A stretch of DNA of 64,000 bases from Diadema antillarum (Eukaryota). The position numbers and the translations under genes are program-made. Every line of letters starts with the position of its first letter. Within the stretch, counting starts at the first letter, position 1. The notes under the pieces were generated by a model. The model worked only from the letters and a program-made list of their open reading frames with translations, had not been told where the DNA came from and did not search any database. The stretch is taken from contig NW_027272242.1 in assembly GCF_040938485.1 (NCBI RefSeq), positions 496,001-560,000 on the forward strand, written 5' to 3'. This document shows, in pieces, positions 62,732 to 64,000 of the stretch.

Positions 62732-64000
62732 CAAGTTCAAGTTCAAGTTCGAATCTATTCGTTTTTCCACAATAAAGTAATATAAACATAAATCTCACTT
62801 TCTTGAGTGACAGAAACAATGCATGTAAATTTGTACAAAGAAAACAACAATAATGGGAAAAACTAACAGTGTCAATACATTGCAATTGTTGCAGAGGTAA
62901 CGAAAATGAAAGAATTGTCAATATGCACTGTGTGAAAAAACGGGGGGACCAACTAAAAAGACAATGCTTGTAGAGTGTGGGCCCCTCTTGTATTAAAAAC
63001 TCGATGCAAAATTTGACTGAATATAGCAACAAAGCAGCACGAAAAAGTTTTTGCATGAAAAGTTTAGCAGCCCACTAAGAGACAGGCGGACAAACAGTTA
63101 CACACAAAACAATAACAAACAAAATAATGAGCATGAGACAAGACTGGGACAGCAACAAGACTAATTATAGGAAAGAAAATTGACTTGACGACACGATAGG
63201 AAAACAAGACTATAGCGCGACGAAGAGGTAACAAAATAGACAGGAGTATGCAACAGAGACAACGATCCTCGAAGGTTTGAGGAAGAAAGAGAAGAAGAAG
63301 AAAAGAAGAATATACAACAAACCCTTCAACTGCGAGGTATAAGTTAAAGAAGATCTTATCATAATCAAAGCTTAGGCAAAAGTAGCAATGATAAAAAGAA
63401 CGGCAATAAAGATTTTGCGGACGGGTAACAAAATAAGCCTATGAACTAATCTGATTCTGGGGGTCGTCATTATAGGATTGCAAAAGAAAAAACTTCAATC
63501 TCCTTTTAAAGGAGTATATAGAAGGAGCAGATTTTATATCGTGGTTATGGGAATTCCAATAATTAGGTCCAGTGTAAATGAATGTATTCTTTGCTAGAAC
63601 CGTTCGAAAGAATTGGTAAATGAAACTCGTTAGAGTGTCGGGTGGGGGTAATTATGGAATGATTGATTTTTTTGGAACATAGAACCAAAGATAGGTGGCA
63701 ATAAACTGTGAGTCATACATAATCATAAATTGGCTTAAGTTGTATACAAATAATTTGTTGATTTTTAGTAGCTTATTACAGTTAAACAATACATTTGTAT
63801 GTGAATGAGTGGGAGAATTGGAAATGATACGAATGGCTTTCTTTTGCAGTAATAACACTCTATTCAGCAGCGTCTGATGAGTATTGCCCCAAGCTAAAAT
63901 TCCATAATGAAGGTAAGGGAGTATCAAAGAGGAGTATAACACCAGTAATGTCTTTTCAAGAATATAAAATTTTAGTCTGTTCATAACACCTACATTGCGA
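62732..64000 (-). mobile_element. 3' end of a CR1/L2-group LINE, truncated by the window edge and degraded
   Basis: LYSSLILPYLHYGILAWG...LLLQKKAIRII (63652-63984), then GPNYWNS...IKSAPSIYSFKRRLK, a 3' UTR and a (GAACTT)n tail at 62732-62753. Confidence 0.85.

Overview
Eukaryotic, AT-rich, intron-rich animal DNA; the repeat style suggests an invertebrate deuterostome such as a sea urchin (inference). It holds two convergent spliced genes, rebuilt by hand from GT-AG sites and reading-frame phase. (1) On +, the 3' part of a PIAS-family SUMO E3 ligase: 10 coding exons, 2479-37130, with part of PINIT, the SP-RING, the acidic SIM and a terminal DVIPLD*. Its 5' exons lie before the window. (2) On -, an essentially complete AGGF1: 12-13 coding exons, 61951-49553, with coiled coil, OCRE, FHA and G-patch. 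Introns and the intergenic gap contain many non-autonomous DNA transposons (TTAA-AGG Kolobok-like, TA Tc1/mariner-like, CTG Harbinger-like), a pearl/Tsp-like element carrying a 159-bp tandem array, and a LINE 3' end at the right edge. The most unusual item is a 2.48-kb insert in a PIAS intron (8947-11427). It has TA..TA ends, a 9-bp target duplication, an antisense spliceable RecQ-helicase first exon and matching promoter motifs near both ends, which suggests a deleted AcademH-type helicase transposon nested in a MITE. Also notable: a candidate second PIAS C-terminus from intron read-through, and a 191-nt AG-free zone with a tandem acceptor in AGGF1. No rRNA, tRNA or CRISPR array was recognised.
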